From assembly GCA_036337275.1 (NCBI GenBank), contig JAYZEM010000003.1:148756-212755 (forward strand): a stretch of 64,000 nt of DNA, given 5' to 3'. This DNA comes from Bacteroidota bacterium. GTDB lineage: Bacteria > Bacteroidota > Bacteroidia > Flavobacteriales > BACL11. Under the pieces are notes generated by a model that saw only the letters and a list, made by a program, of their open reading frames with translations, did not search any database and was not told the origin of the DNA. Positions 10,088-20,078 of this stretch are shown piece by piece. Numbering within the stretch: the first letter of the stretch is position 1; every line of letters starts with the position of its first letter. Both the position numbers and the translations under genes were made by a program.

Positions 10088-13000
10088 TTATCTCATCAAA
10101 TTTACCTCTCCATTATACACCCATGGCTTTCCATTAAAATCACTAACAGCAATATGATATAAATATATCCCATTGGATATTATTTTATCAAATCTGTCTT
10201 TTCCATTCCAACCAGTTGCTTTATCAAAAGTAGTAAAAATGATATCACCCCATCTGTTAAATATATCCATTCTAAAATTACTTATTCCTTCCCCATATGC
10301 CAAGAAATTATCATCAAGCCCATCATTATTTGGCGTAAAGCTATTTGGAATGAATAGTGTAAATTCTGGACTTACTTTAATCTCTCTGTAGAATTTATCT
10401 GTACAACCATCAGTATTTCTTATTAGAAGGGAAACAATATATTTTCCAGTATCAGAAAAAGTGATTGAAGGATTTTGCAGGGTAGATGTATTTCCATTCC
10501 CAAAATCCCACAACCAACTATTGGCTCCATTTGATTGATCAGAAAACATAACTTTTGGGTTGTTAATAGAGAGTATTTGGCTTGATGCTAAAAAATCAGC
10601 TATTGGATTTGCAAAAACATTTATCATATTCGAAATTGTTTTTGAGTTGAAGCAGCCAACATTGGAAGTAACATCAAGAGAAACTGTATAAACTCCTGTC
10701 GATTGGTAAATATGACTAACCATTTGCTGATCTATTATGGTACCATCACCTAAATTCCAACTCCAATTACTAATATATCCACCATCCACTGAAGATAAGT
10801 CAACTAGCTTAATTTCATCTCCTACGCAAGTTTGTTCATCGGCATAAATTTCAACTTTTGGGAGAGGATAAATTGTGATGCTATTTGTAATGGTATTTTC
10901 ACACAATTGATCACTCAATAGCGTTAAACTCACAGGAAAAGTTCCAACAGACAAATATTGATAGTTAGGATTTTTATAATTAGCTGTTCCTGTACCATCA
11001 CCAAAATCCCAATTCCAACTAATGATACTGCCTGAAGAAATAGTAGCGTTTTCATAAAATACTGTGTTATCTCCTTCACAAATGTAGGCTGTAGAAAAGT
11101 TAGGATTTGGCAATGGATACACGCTTGTTTGCAATGTAATTTCTGACTCACAACCTTTGTCGGAAGTAATTTGAAGTTTAACATCAAATACTCCCTCATT
11201 TTGATACAAATTTTGGGTCTCTCTATCTCCAGAAAAAGTATTTCCATCACCAAATTCCCAATTCCAATTGTTAATGCTCCCTAAATCAATTGTAGATGTA
11301 GATTGAAAGAGATTATAATCGTTTTGACAAGCATTTATGGTTATAAAATCAGCAATTGGCAACTCATTAATCATTACATTTTTGGTGATTTGATGCTCGC
11401 AACCATAATCGGATAGTACATTCAAACTAACAGCATAAGTGCCATGATTTGCATACTGGTATTTTGGATATTCCTGGATAGACAGTCCTGCAGCATCTCC
11501 AAAATCCCAATACCATTGTACTATTTCCCCATCTACTGAAGTAGAAAAATTACTGAATGATGTAAGGTCACCTAAACAAACCTCATTAGCTGTAAAATCT
11601 GCTAAAGGTGATGCATAAACATCAATTGTTTTATAGATTTTTGTTGCGCAAGCATTGTCTAAATTTGTAGCCAGCAAACTAATCAAATAATTACCAGCCA
11701 TTGCATATTGTTGTACGGCATTCTGCATATTAGAAGAATAGCCATTTCCTAAATCCCAAAACCAAGCTATATTGTTTGTAACTAAGCCTGAATTTGCTGT
11801 AAATAACAAAGTGTCCTCCTCACACTGATTACTTACACTAATTGTAGGGGTTGGCACCTGTTGATCTACAACTACCAATACAGAGTCCGAATTTTCACAA
11901 ACACCATCAGTAATACTAGCTATAAATACTGTTGTTGTAGTCGGTGTTGCTATAGGATTCGATACATTAGGATTAGACAAAAATAATGCTGGATACCATA
12001 AAACACTTCCAGAATCAGCAATAGCAAGGAGAGAAATACTATCATTTCTACAAATTGAAACTGTATTACCCACATCAATATTTATTCTTCTCACAACAAT
12101 AGAGTCAGTTGATTGCACTATAAACTCACAGGAAGAGTTGTTTTCTAAAACCAAAGATGGAAAATAAACCCCTGGATTAGCATATAGATGTGTTGCTTGG
12201 CTATCTACTGAAAATGAACCATCCCCAAAATCCCATAAATAGGAAATCGTATTACTTACATTTAGAGTAAAGATAGCAGTATCATCCAAGCAAATTTGAT
12301 TGTCAGTAATCGTAAAAGTACCAATAGGACCAGAGATATTTACAAGTCCATTTTGCACGAAAGTATCTTTACATCCAATATTATTTTCTACCATTAAACT
12401 GACATCGTAAAGTCCAGAAAAAGCATACAAATGAGAAGGAGATGCTAAATTAGAAGTTGTTCCATCACCAAAATCCCAGCTAAAAACTGTCGCATCTGTG
12501 GATGAAAGATTACTAAAATCTGTAATGAGTGGAGGGCAATCGGAACTTTTTATATTTGCAGTAAAATTGGCTATTGGCTCTTGAACTAAAATATGTGCTG
12601 ACTTTTGTATATAATGAGCGCAACCAAAGGAGTCTACTACTGATAAAGAGATATCAAATATTCCATTTTGAGTATACGCATGAGTACTGCTGAAATTAGC
12701 TGATGTAGATCCATCACCAAAACCCCAAAGATAACTTAAGCTCATTCCGGAAGATTGATTTATAAAGGTAATCTGCTCATCAAAACACGCTGTGTTTTTA
12801 TTTACAGTAAAATCTGCAATTGGATAAGTGAATTGTATATACTGTAACTTTTGCATGGTATCTTTACAGCCATATGATGATTTAGCAAAAAGCGTAACAT
12901 CATAAATCCCTTCATTGTAATAAATGTGTTGTGTTTGATTGGTGCTTGAACTTCCTCCATCTCCGAAATCCCATAAGACTGTAGCATTAGGAGTGGTCAA

Positions 13001-15439
13001 ATCATTAAACTCAACCAGTAGAGAGTCACAGCCCATGACATTGGTAATTTCAAAATCTGCCTTAAAATCTTTTAGTGAAAACATATTTGGGTATGTAAAA
13101 GTATCTTTACAATTATGAATATCAGTTATAACCATACTCACATCAAAAGTTCCTACAGTATCAAACAGATGATCAAGTCTTCCATAGCCTATATATCCAT
13201 CTTCCCATAACACTTTATAGTAGGATACATCTTGAGATAGGTTCTCTAAATGCACATGATGAGGGCGACAACCAACTGAGTCTTCTAAACCATTATTAGG
13301 GTTCACTAAATAAGTGAAATTTGCTTTTGGCTCAGTAACTTTAATTGGTAATATAAAATCATGCACACATCCTGTTGTGTTGTTAGTTGCTAAAAGTATC
13401 ACATTATAAGTTCCTCTTGAGGAAAAAGTGTGAGTCGGATTACTCAAAGAAGAAGTTATACCATCTCCAAAATCCCAAAATACCTGATCAGCACCAATCG
13501 AAAGATTAATAAATTCAACCTTTAAAGGATCTGGGCAATTGTATATTTCTTTAAAAAAGGCAGTCGGCTCTATCACTTTAATATAGTGATTGATGCTGAA
13601 AGTATCTGCACAACCAACTGAAGAAGTAGTAAGAGAAACATCATAAGTGCCGACAATATTATAGGAGTGTAAAGGGTTTTGATTGACTGAAGACATGCCA
13701 TCACCAAAATCCCAAAACCAAGTATCAATAGTTGTTGAGGTAGTTGATAGATCAGTGAAGTTTATATTAGTGCCCGCACACACTATAAGAGGATTTGCAA
13801 TAAAATCGGTTTGAGGGGGATCTGCAACCTGTATATAACTATTTATTGTTTTTGTTGCGCTACACCCTAAATTATCTACTATTTGTAAACTAACATCATA
13901 AAATCCGCTAACATTATATTGGTAAGAAGGGTTTTGTAGAGAAGAAATTGAACCATCACCAAAATCCCAATACCAAGAAGTAATTGTTTGATTACTTACA
14001 CTTGTATCTATGAAAGAAGTGCTTAAAGGATTACAACCACTTAGATTACTTGCTTGAAATGCTGCAATTGGTTTCTCTATTGTAATATAATTAGTATCTA
14101 CCAAAGTGTTACTACATGCATTAACATCAATAACTGATAGTAAAACAGTATAAATACCTGTTGAGTCGTACAGTACGGTTGGGCTTTGTAAATTTGATGT
14201 CATGCCATTTCCAAAATCCCAACTCCAAGAAATTGCGGAAGTGGTCTGATCTATAAAATCAACTACAAAAGGAGTGTCGCAACTAAAAGTCGCACTAGCA
14301 TTAAACAGAATATTAGGTTTCTCAAATACCTCAATAGCACCAAAACCTATCTTGTCAGAATAACAGGTGCCATTTATTGAAGTTTCTAATAAAACATCAT
14401 AAACTCCAGCAGTAGTATAAATATGATTTGGATTTTGCAAAATAGAAGTCGTGCCATCGCCAAAATCCCAGAACCAAGTATCAACTCCACTTGATGAAAT
14501 ATCAGTAAACCGAACAGTTAAATCTCCACATCCAGAGTCTATATTTGACGAAAAATTTGTTGTAGTTGTTGCCCCGATTTCAATATAATCTTGCATGATA
14601 ATCGTATCTGAACAAAGTCCATTGTTTACAATAAGGCTTACAGTATAAACTCCACTAGTGTAATTATGTGTTGGGCTTGATAAATTTGATGTCAACCCAT
14701 CACCAAAATCCCAAAAATAACTTAAATTATTGCCAATTGACAAATCATTAAATGATACCAACTCATTAGTATTACAAGAAAATAGAACATCAGCACTAAA
14801 ATTGGCAATTGGTTTGTGATCAGTTTTAATATAATCAGGAAGTGTAACCAAGTCTTGACAAGAATTTACATCTTTAACTAATAAGGATACCGTATAAGCC
14901 CCATCAGATAAATAAGTGTAAGTTGGATGTTGCAAATTACTATTCCCTCCTTCCCCAAAATCCCAAAACCATTCAGTTATTGAGTCAGCACCTTGAGAAA
15001 TATCTAGAAACTCCACATAATGAGAAATGCAACCTATATTTGAAGTGTTAATATCAATATTTGCAATAGGTTTTTCAAAAACCCTAATAAAAGCAAGTGC
15101 AACTTTAGAATCAGATGTAACACTATCCGACACACTTAATTCTATATCATAAACCCCTGCAGAAGAATAGATTGCAATAGGATTCTTTAATGTAGAAGTA
15201 TTACCATTTCCTAAATCCCATAGCCAAGAAGTAGGACTCCCTGTTGATAAATCTTGGAACTCAACTACTAAAGAACCACATGAACTAGTAGAATCCACGG
15301 TAGTGAAATTAGCCGTAACTTGTGAGGTTGCACCAGTTGCAATAAAAAGGGCTATAAGAGTTAGGAAACAGTAAACTATCTTAGTTATATTCAGATTGAT
15401 ATTTTTTTTAATCAAGAGGTAGAGTAGCGCTATTGTCAT
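10088..15439 (-). CDS. Giant cell-surface protein with 19 PKD domains, one Ig-like insert and a T9SS type-B (gliding-motility-associated, CHU_C) C-terminal domain
   Basis: 1783 aa with a signal peptide. The W(D/N)FGDG PKD signature recurs every 82-88 aa. The last 92 aa (EFTLFIPNSFTPNNDGLDDNF...NRWGDIIF...) form the type-B CTD hallmark. Confidence 0.85.
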   Translation of the reverse strand: MTIALLYLLIKKNINLNITKIVYCFLTLIALFIATGATSQVTANFTTVDSTSSCGSLVVEFQDLSTGSPTSWLWDLGNGNTSTLKNPIAIYSSAGVYDIELSVSDSVTSDSKVALAFIRVFEKPIANIDINTSNIGCISHYVEFLDISQGADSITEWFWDFGEGGNSNLQHPTYTYLSDGAYTVSLLVKDVNSCQDLVTLPDYIKTDHKPIANFSADVLFSCNTNELVSFNDLSIGNNLSYFWDFGDGLTSNLSSPTHNYTSGVYTVSLIVNNGLCSDTIIMQDYIEIGATTTTNFSSNIDSGCGDLTVRFTDISSSGVDTWFWDFGDGTTSILQNPNHIYTTAGVYDVLLETSINGTCYSDKIGFGAIEVFEKPNILFNASATFSCDTPFVVDFIDQTTSAISWSWDFGNGMTSNLQSPTVLYDSTGIYTVLLSVIDVNACSNTLVDTNYITIEKPIAAFQASNLSGCNPLSTSFIDTSVSNQTITSWYWDFGDGSISSLQNPSYQYNVSGFYDVSLQIVDNLGCSATKTINSYIQVADPPQTDFIANPLIVCAGTNINFTDLSTTSTTIDTWFWDFGDGMSSVNQNPLHSYNIVGTYDVSLTTSSVGCADTFSINHYIKVIEPTAFFKEIYNCPDPLKVEFINLSIGADQVFWDFGDGITSSLSNPTHTFSSRGTYNVILLATNNTTGCVHDFILPIKVTEPKANFTYLVNPNNGLEDSVGCRPHHVHLENLSQDVSYYKVLWEDGYIGYGRLDHLFDTVGTFDVSMVITDIHNCKDTFTYPNMFSLKDFKADFEITNVMGCDSLLVEFNDLTTPNATVLWDFGDGGSSSTNQTQHIYYNEGIYDVTLFAKSSYGCKDTMQKLQYIQFTYPIADFTVNKNTACFDEQITFINQSSGMSLSYLWGFGDGSTSANFSSTHAYTQNGIFDISLSVVDSFGCAHYIQKSAHILVQEPIANFTANIKSSDCPPLITDFSNLSSTDATVFSWDFGDGTTSNLASPSHLYAFSGLYDVSLMVENNIGCKDTFVQNGLVNISGPIGTFTITDNQICLDDTAIFTLNVSNTISYLWDFGDGSFSVDSQATHLYANPGVYFPSLVLENNSSCEFIVQSTDSIVVRRINIDVGNTVSICRNDSISLLAIADSGSVLWYPALFLSNPNVSNPIATPTTTTVFIASITDGVCENSDSVLVVVDQQVPTPTISVSNQCEEDTLLFTANSGLVTNNIAWFWDLGNGYSSNMQNAVQQYAMAGNYLISLLATNLDNACATKIYKTIDVYASPLADFTANEVCLGDLTSFSNFSTSVDGEIVQWYWDFGDAAGLSIQEYPKYQYANHGTYAVSLNVLSDYGCEHQITKNVMINELPIADFITINACQNDYNLFQSTSTIDLGSINNWNWEFGDGNTFSGDRETQNLYQNEGVFDVKLQITSDKGCESEITLQTSVYPLPNPNFSTAYICEGDNTVFYENATISSGSIISWNWDFGDGTGTANYKNPNYQYLSVGTFPVSLTLLSDQLCENTITNSITIYPLPKVEIYADEQTCVGDEIKLVDLSSVDGGYISNWSWNLGDGTIIDQQMVSHIYQSTGVYTVSLDVTSNVGCFNSKTISNMINVFANPIADFLASSQILSINNPKVMFSDQSNGANSWLWDFGNGNTSTLQNPSITFSDTGKYIVSLLIRNTDGCTDKFYREIKVSPEFTLFIPNSFTPNNDGLDDNFLAYGEGISNFRMDIFNRWGDIIFTTFDKATGWNGKDRFDKIISNGIYLYHIAVSDFNGKPWVYNGEVNLMR
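10367..15322 (-). repeat. Intragenic tandem array of about 19 diverged PKD-domain coding units (about 250-bp period)
   Basis: I counted the WxFGDG/WDLGNG motifs in the translated product. One unit is degenerate (VLWEDGYIGYG, about 13080-13330). One CHU_C-associated Ig-like unit is inserted at about 11880-12100. Confidence 0.8.
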
Positions 15440-15527
15440 TACTTTGTGGGTTTTAGTTTCTATACTCTTAAAAAACGGAAAACATTAAACAAAGGTTACA
15501 AATGGCTTTTTTTGAGAAAGGATTTTC

Positions 15528-15535
15528 TACCTTTG
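15528..15535 (+). promoter_or_regulatory. -7 box TACCTTTG, 4 nt upstream of the mtaB ATG
   Basis: Perfect TAnnTTTG. The sequence reads TACCTTTG-caga-ATG. Confidence 0.5.
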
Positions 15536-15539
15536 CAGA

Positions 15540-16823
15540 ATGGAAAAAACTGTTGCATTTTACACTTTAGGCTGCAAACTAAATTTTTCAGAAACTTCTA
15601 CTATTAGTAGACAACTAACTGCGGTGGGTTATGCAAAAACAGATTTTTATAAAAAGGCTGATTTGTATGTAATCAACACTTGTTCGGTAACTGAAAATGC
15701 AAACAGAGAATGTAGAAGAATTATTAGAAAAGCAAAGAAGACTGCTCCTCACTCAAAAGTAATTGTAACTGGCTGCTATGCCCAACTAAAGCCTAAAGAA
15801 ATCGCCACTATAAATGGAGTAGATATGGTTTTGGGGGCTAATGAAAAATTCAACATTCCTAATTTTCTAGAAAAAAATAATAAGGAGAGAGTGTTTGATT
15901 CTAATTTGGAAAAATTAGACTATCATTCTTCCTTCTCTTTGAATGATAGAAGCCGATCATTTCTAAAAATTCAAGATGGATGTGATTACCCTTGTACTTA
16001 TTGTACTATTCCGCTTGCTAGAGGTGGAAGCAAATGTGATACGGTAGATAATATCCTGAAAAATGTAGATAAAATTGCTAAAAATGGTATTAAAGAAATA
16101 GTGCTAACAGGTGTGAATATTGGAGAGTTTGTTGATGTAAATACTAAAGAGAACTTTTATGATTTGATACTAAAATTAGAAGAAGTAAAAGGTATTGAAC
16201 GTTATAGAATTTCTTCTATTGAACCTAATTTGATAAAAAATAATATCATTGACTTTATAAGTAATAGTAAAAAATTTATGCCCCATTTTCATATCCCAAT
16301 GCAATCGGGATCTGATTTAATCTTAAGTAAAATGAAAAGAAGATACAACACAAAGTTGTATGCTGATAAAATAAGAGTAATTACTAAAGCGATTCCAGAA
16401 GTATGTATAGGTGCCGATGTAATTGTCGGATTCCCAGGAGAAACTGAAGAAGAATTTGATAAAACATTAAACTTCATAAAAGATTTACCTATTTCCTATT
16501 TGCATGTTTTTAAATATTCGGAAAGAGAAAATACTGCAGCAATTAACTTTGAGGGAGAAGTCAGTAAACCAACTAGAAGCGGAAGGAGTAAAACGCTAAG
16601 ATTCTTATCTGAGAAAATGCAAAGGAACTTTTATCAAAAATATTTGCAATCTTATCAAACAGCACTTTTTGAAAGAGAAAATAAAGATGGATTTCTGTAT
16701 GGATTCACTGACAACTACATCAGAGTTAAAATCCCATATTCTGAAAAGTGCCTACAAAAAAAAATAAAAATTAGATTACTTTCGTTTGATGAAAACGGAA
16801 AAATATTATCAGAAATAGTATAA
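15540..16823 (+). CDS. mtaB: tRNA (t6A37) methylthiotransferase MtaB (radical SAM)
   Basis: N-terminal UPF0004 domain (VAFYTLGCKLNFSE), radical-SAM CDYPCTYC (Cx3Cx2C) and a C-terminal TRAM-like region. It is 427 aa. Confidence 0.8.
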   Translation: MEKTVAFYTLGCKLNFSETSTISRQLTAVGYAKTDFYKKADLYVINTCSVTENANRECRRIIRKAKKTAPHSKVIVTGCYAQLKPKEIATINGVDMVLGANEKFNIPNFLEKNNKERVFDSNLEKLDYHSSFSLNDRSRSFLKIQDGCDYPCTYCTIPLARGGSKCDTVDNILKNVDKIAKNGIKEIVLTGVNIGEFVDVNTKENFYDLILKLEEVKGIERYRISSIEPNLIKNNIIDFISNSKKFMPHFHIPMQSGSDLILSKMKRRYNTKLYADKIRVITKAIPEVCIGADVIVGFPGETEEEFDKTLNFIKDLPISYLHVFKYSERENTAAINFEGEVSKPTRSGRSKTLRFLSEKMQRNFYQKYLQSYQTALFERENKDGFLYGFTDNYIRVKIPYSEKCLQKKIKIRLLSFDENGKILSEIV

Positions 16824-16838
16824 AAACCCAACAAAAAA

Positions 16839-17999
16839 ATGTACCCAACAATTAGCCATCTTATTTTTGATTTATTTGGATTACAGATTCCGCTTCCTGT
16901 TCAAACTTTTGGCTTTTTTGTAGCCCTTGCATTTTTAGCTGCAAGTTGGTTGCTTTTATTGGAATTAAAACGAAAAGAAAAGCAAGGCGTTGTAGCAAGC
17001 AGTAAAGTAAAGCAACTGATTGGGCAAGGTATTACCAAATCAGAAATACTATCTTCATTAATTAGTGGTTTTTTAATTGGGTTTAAGGGAGTAGAAGCTG
17101 TTTTTAGTTATGCTGATTTGGTAGCCAATCCGCAAGCCTTTATTCTCTCTTCAAGGGGGCATCTTTTAGGCGGTATAATAATTGCAGTACTTTTTGTTTT
17201 TATAAAATACCGAGAGAAAAACAAAACAAAATTAGATAAGCCAAAATGGATTGAAAAAGAGATACATCCTTATGAATTGGTTGGTAATATGACAATGATT
17301 GCTGCTGTTGCTGGGATTATTGGCGCTAAACTTTTTCATAATTTGGAAAATATAGGAGATTTTCTGGCTGATCCTCTTGGACAACTTCTAACTTTTAGTG
17401 GTCTTACTTTTTATGGAGGTTTAATTGGAGGTGCTACTGGTGTAATTTGGTATGGTAAAAAATATAATATCAGGCCATTGACACTTGCTGATGCTAATGC
17501 TCCTGGACTGATGCTCGCCTATGGAATTGGAAGAATTGGTTGTCAACTCTCTGGTGATGGAGATTGGGGTATTCCAAATCTTGCTACAAAACCGGATTGG
17601 ATGTCCTTTTTACCTGATTGGATGTGGAGTTATCATTTCCCTCATAATGTTATTCGTTCAGGAGAATTGATGGAAGATTGTGGTGCAATATTTTGGGAGC
17701 CTTATTGTTATCAATTGAGTAATGCTGTATGGCCAACTGCTTTTTATGAGGTCGTTATGGCAACTCTTATCTTTGCTTTTTTATGGGCTATCAGAAAGCG
17801 CATAAAAATAGCTGGCATATTGTTCTTTATTTATCTTACTTTAAATGGTATTGAGCGCTTTTTTATTGAAAAAATAAGGGTGAATACAAAGTATGATATT
17901 TTAGGTGGAATTACCCAAGCTGAAATTATTTCCTTTTGGTTGGCTTTAATAGGAATCTTAGGTTGTTTTTATTTGTTTAGAAAAACTAAGCAAATATAA
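16839..17999 (+). CDS. lgt: Prolipoprotein diacylglyceryl transferase (long Bacteroidota form)
   Basis: Polytopic membrane protein with [16 protein letters not shown] (Lgt GRIG motif) and a C-terminal [10 protein letters not shown]. Confidence 0.75.
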   Translation: MYPTISHLIFDLFGLQIPLPVQTFGFFVALAFLAASWLLLLELKRKEKQGVVASSKVKQLIGQGITKSEILSSLISGFLIGFKGVEAVFSYADLVANPQAFILSSRGHLLGGIIIAVLFVFIKYREKNKTKLDKPKWIEKEIHPYELVGNMTMIAAVAGIIGAKLFHNLENIGDFLADPLGQLLTFSGLTFYGGLIGGATGVIWYGKKYNIRPLTLADANAPGLMLAYGIGRIGCQLSGDGDWGIPNLATKPDWMSFLPDWMWSYHFPHNVIRSGELMEDCGAIFWEPYCYQLSNAVWPTAFYEVVMATLIFAFLWAIRKRIKIAGILFFIYLTLNGIERFFIEKIRVNTKYDILGGITQAEIISFWLALIGILGCFYLFRKTKQI

Positions 18000-19400
18000 T
18001 CCTAGAAAAGTGATTGCCCCATTAATGATTAATAGTTCAAAACCAATAGTTGGTATTTTCTGTTTTATAATATAGCAAATAACAGGTGATAATACGGCTA
18101 CTAAAGGCACAAGTCTGTCCTTTACTTTCCATTGAGTAAAGAGCCCAAAACTATACAATCCTAAAAGCGGCCCATAGGTGTATCCTGCTACTGTAAATAA
18201 AGATTTGATTACACTCTGATCATTTATCGCCTTAAAAAGCAAGATAACCCCTAACAATACTATCGATAAAAATAAATGCACATACTTACGGGTTCTAATT
18301 TGTTGGCTAGGTTCTTGGCGTTCAAATTCTAAGATATCCACACAAAAGGAAGTAGTTAAAGAAGTAAGAGCAGAATCAGCTGAAGAATAAGCCGCAGCAA
18401 TAATCCCGATAATAAACAAAATGCCAACATATACCGGTAAGCCAGAGTTTAATGCAATGTTTGGAAACAACATATCTGCATCTGCAGGTATTAAGATACC
18501 AAACTGATTAGAGTATATATACAGCAGTGCCCCTAAGGATAAAAACAACAAATCAACTATAATAAGAACACTACTAAAAACCAGCATATTCTTTTGTGCA
18601 TCTTTTAGGTTTCTACAACTCAAGTTTTTTTGCATCTGATCTTGGTCCAAACCTGTCATTACTATAGCCATAAACATACCAGAAAAGAATTGCTTAAAAA
18701 AGTACTTACTATCTGTCCAATCTTCAAAAAAGAAAGCTTTGGAATAGTCCGAACCTGCAATCGTTTGTGTTAAAGAAACAAAATCCAAATTCATATGATT
18801 AGCCAATGTATAGGCAATGATTATTACAGTTGCTAACATGAAGGTTGTTTGCAAAGTGTCTGTCCAAATGATGGTTTTAATGCCGCTTCTGTAAGTATAC
18901 AGCCAAATAAGTCCAATAGTAATAATAACCGTTACTGCAAAAGGAATATCCCAAGCGTCAAATACAGCAAACTGCAATACGGTAGCTATTAAATACAAGC
19001 GAAAAGAAGCTCCAATAGTTCTGGAAAGCAAAAAGAAGGAGGAACCCGTTTTGTAGGAACTATTCCCAAAACGATCTTTCAGATAGGTATATATACTAGT
19101 GAGTTCCAAACCATAATAAAGCGGCAATAAAATTCTGGCAATAACAAAATAGCCCACAAAAAAACCAAACACCATCTGCAAATAGCTGAATTGACTACTG
19201 CCTACCCATCCCGGCACAGATATAAAGGTAATGCCAGAAAGAGTTGTTCCTATCATACCGTAAGCAACAATATACCAAGGGGAATTCCTATTACCTAAAA
19301 AGAAAGTTTCATTACTATCATTCTTTCCTGTAAAATAGGAAATTAAAAAAAGTAAGGAAAAATAAAGAGCAATACAACTGATTATAACAATAGAAGACAT
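17958..19400 (-). CDS. Sodium:solute symporter family transporter
   Basis: 480 aa and about 13 TM helices. The SSF-like N-terminus reads [32 protein letters not shown]. It overlaps the lgt 3' end by 42 nt (convergent). Confidence 0.8.
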   Translation of the reverse strand: MSSIVIISCIALYFSLLFLISYFTGKNDSNETFFLGNRNSPWYIVAYGMIGTTLSGITFISVPGWVGSSQFSYLQMVFGFFVGYFVIARILLPLYYGLELTSIYTYLKDRFGNSSYKTGSSFFLLSRTIGASFRLYLIATVLQFAVFDAWDIPFAVTVIITIGLIWLYTYRSGIKTIIWTDTLQTTFMLATVIIIAYTLANHMNLDFVSLTQTIAGSDYSKAFFFEDWTDSKYFFKQFFSGMFMAIVMTGLDQDQMQKNLSCRNLKDAQKNMLVFSSVLIIVDLLFLSLGALLYIYSNQFGILIPADADMLFPNIALNSGLPVYVGILFIIGIIAAAYSSADSALTSLTTSFCVDILEFERQEPSQQIRTRKYVHLFLSIVLLGVILLFKAINDQSVIKSLFTVAGYTYGPLLGLYSFGLFTQWKVKDRLVPLVAVLSPVICYIIKQKIPTIGFELLIINGAITFLGLYLLSFSKQIKTT

Positions 19401-19417
19401 AGAGAATTGATTTTTTA

Positions 19418-19425
19418 CAAATCTA
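19418..19425 (-). promoter_or_regulatory. -7 box (TAGATTTG on the minus strand) for the symporter gene
   Basis: Plus-strand caaatcta is the RC of TAGATTTG, 17 nt upstream of the ATG at 19400. Confidence 0.45.
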
Positions 19426-19447
19426 TCAGAATATTTAAGAATAGACC

Positions 19448-19455
19448 TATATTTG
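19448..19455 (+). promoter_or_regulatory. -7 box TATATTTG, 5 nt upstream of the recR ATG at 19461
   Basis: Perfect TAnnTTTG. It lies inside the longer ORF-track version (19407) and so argues for the internal start. Confidence 0.5.
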
Positions 19456-19460
19456 CAATT

Positions 19461-20078
19461 ATGAATTTCCCATCTAGACTTGTTGAAACAGCTGTAAATC
19501 AGTTAGCCTCTTTGCCAGGCATTGGTAAAAAAACTGCTTTACGCCTTGTATTGCATTTACTAAACAAAGAAAAAACAGAAGTAGAAAAATTTGGTGCCTC
19601 TTTCATTAATCTTATACAAAACATTAATTATTGTAAAGACTGTTTCTCTATCTCTGATTTAGAACTTTGTGAAGTGTGTGCAGATGAGAAAAGAGATAAA
19701 AGTTTGCTCTGTGTAGTAGAAGATATACGAGTGATGATGGCCATTGAAAACACAATGAAATACAAGGGTGTTTATCATGTTTTAGGCGGGCTTATCTCCC
19801 CTATTGACGGGATAGGGCCATCTGAACTTAAAATAGAGGAATTGGTAGAGAAAGTAAAATCAGGGAGAATAAAAGAAGTGATTTTTGCGTTAAGCACTAC
19901 CATGCAAGGGGATACTACAAATTATTATTTATTCAAAAGATTGAAAGAATCTAACATTGCTATTTCTGTTATTGCTAGGGGTATTGCAATTGGTGATGAA
20001 TTGGAATATACAGATGAAATTACACTTGCGTCAGCAATTTCTAGTCGTTTACCTTATGAAAATTCCTTAGTGAATTAA
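19461..20078 (+). CDS. recR: Recombination protein RecR
   Basis: HhH motif LPGIGKKTALRL, zinc finger CKDC...CEVC and a Toprim region LCVVEDIRVMMAIE. I prefer the start at MNFPSRLVE, which fits the -7 box position and typical RecR length. Confidence 0.9.
   Translation: MNFPSRLVETAVNQLASLPGIGKKTALRLVLHLLNKEKTEVEKFGASFINLIQNINYCKDCFSISDLELCEVCADEKRDKSLLCVVEDIRVMMAIENTMKYKGVYHVLGGLISPIDGIGPSELKIEELVEKVKSGRIKEVIFALSTTMQGDTTNYYLFKRLKESNIAISVIARGIAIGDELEYTDEITLASAISSRLPYENSLVN

Noticed and set aside
10367-15322. Strong ~250-bp sequence periodicity that could be mistaken for a repeat array or CRISPR-like locus
   Set aside because: The period is far too long, there are no short conserved direct repeats with unique spacers, and the region is one uninterrupted ORF of PKD domains.
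17958-17999. A 42-nt convergent overlap of the lgt and symporter 3' ends
   Set aside because: It can be explained by unconserved C-terminal tails in tightly packed genes. No structure or extra signal is visible, so it is noted only as a curiosity.
19407-19460. N-terminal extensions in the ORF track for recR (19407), truA (31607), the ABC exporter (32268), DUF4199 (56351) and the small lipoprotein (27218)
   Set aside because: Each extension overlaps a -7 promoter box, a neighbouring gene or the SRP RNA. Each also adds residues not typical of the family. An internal start with proper context is available in every case.
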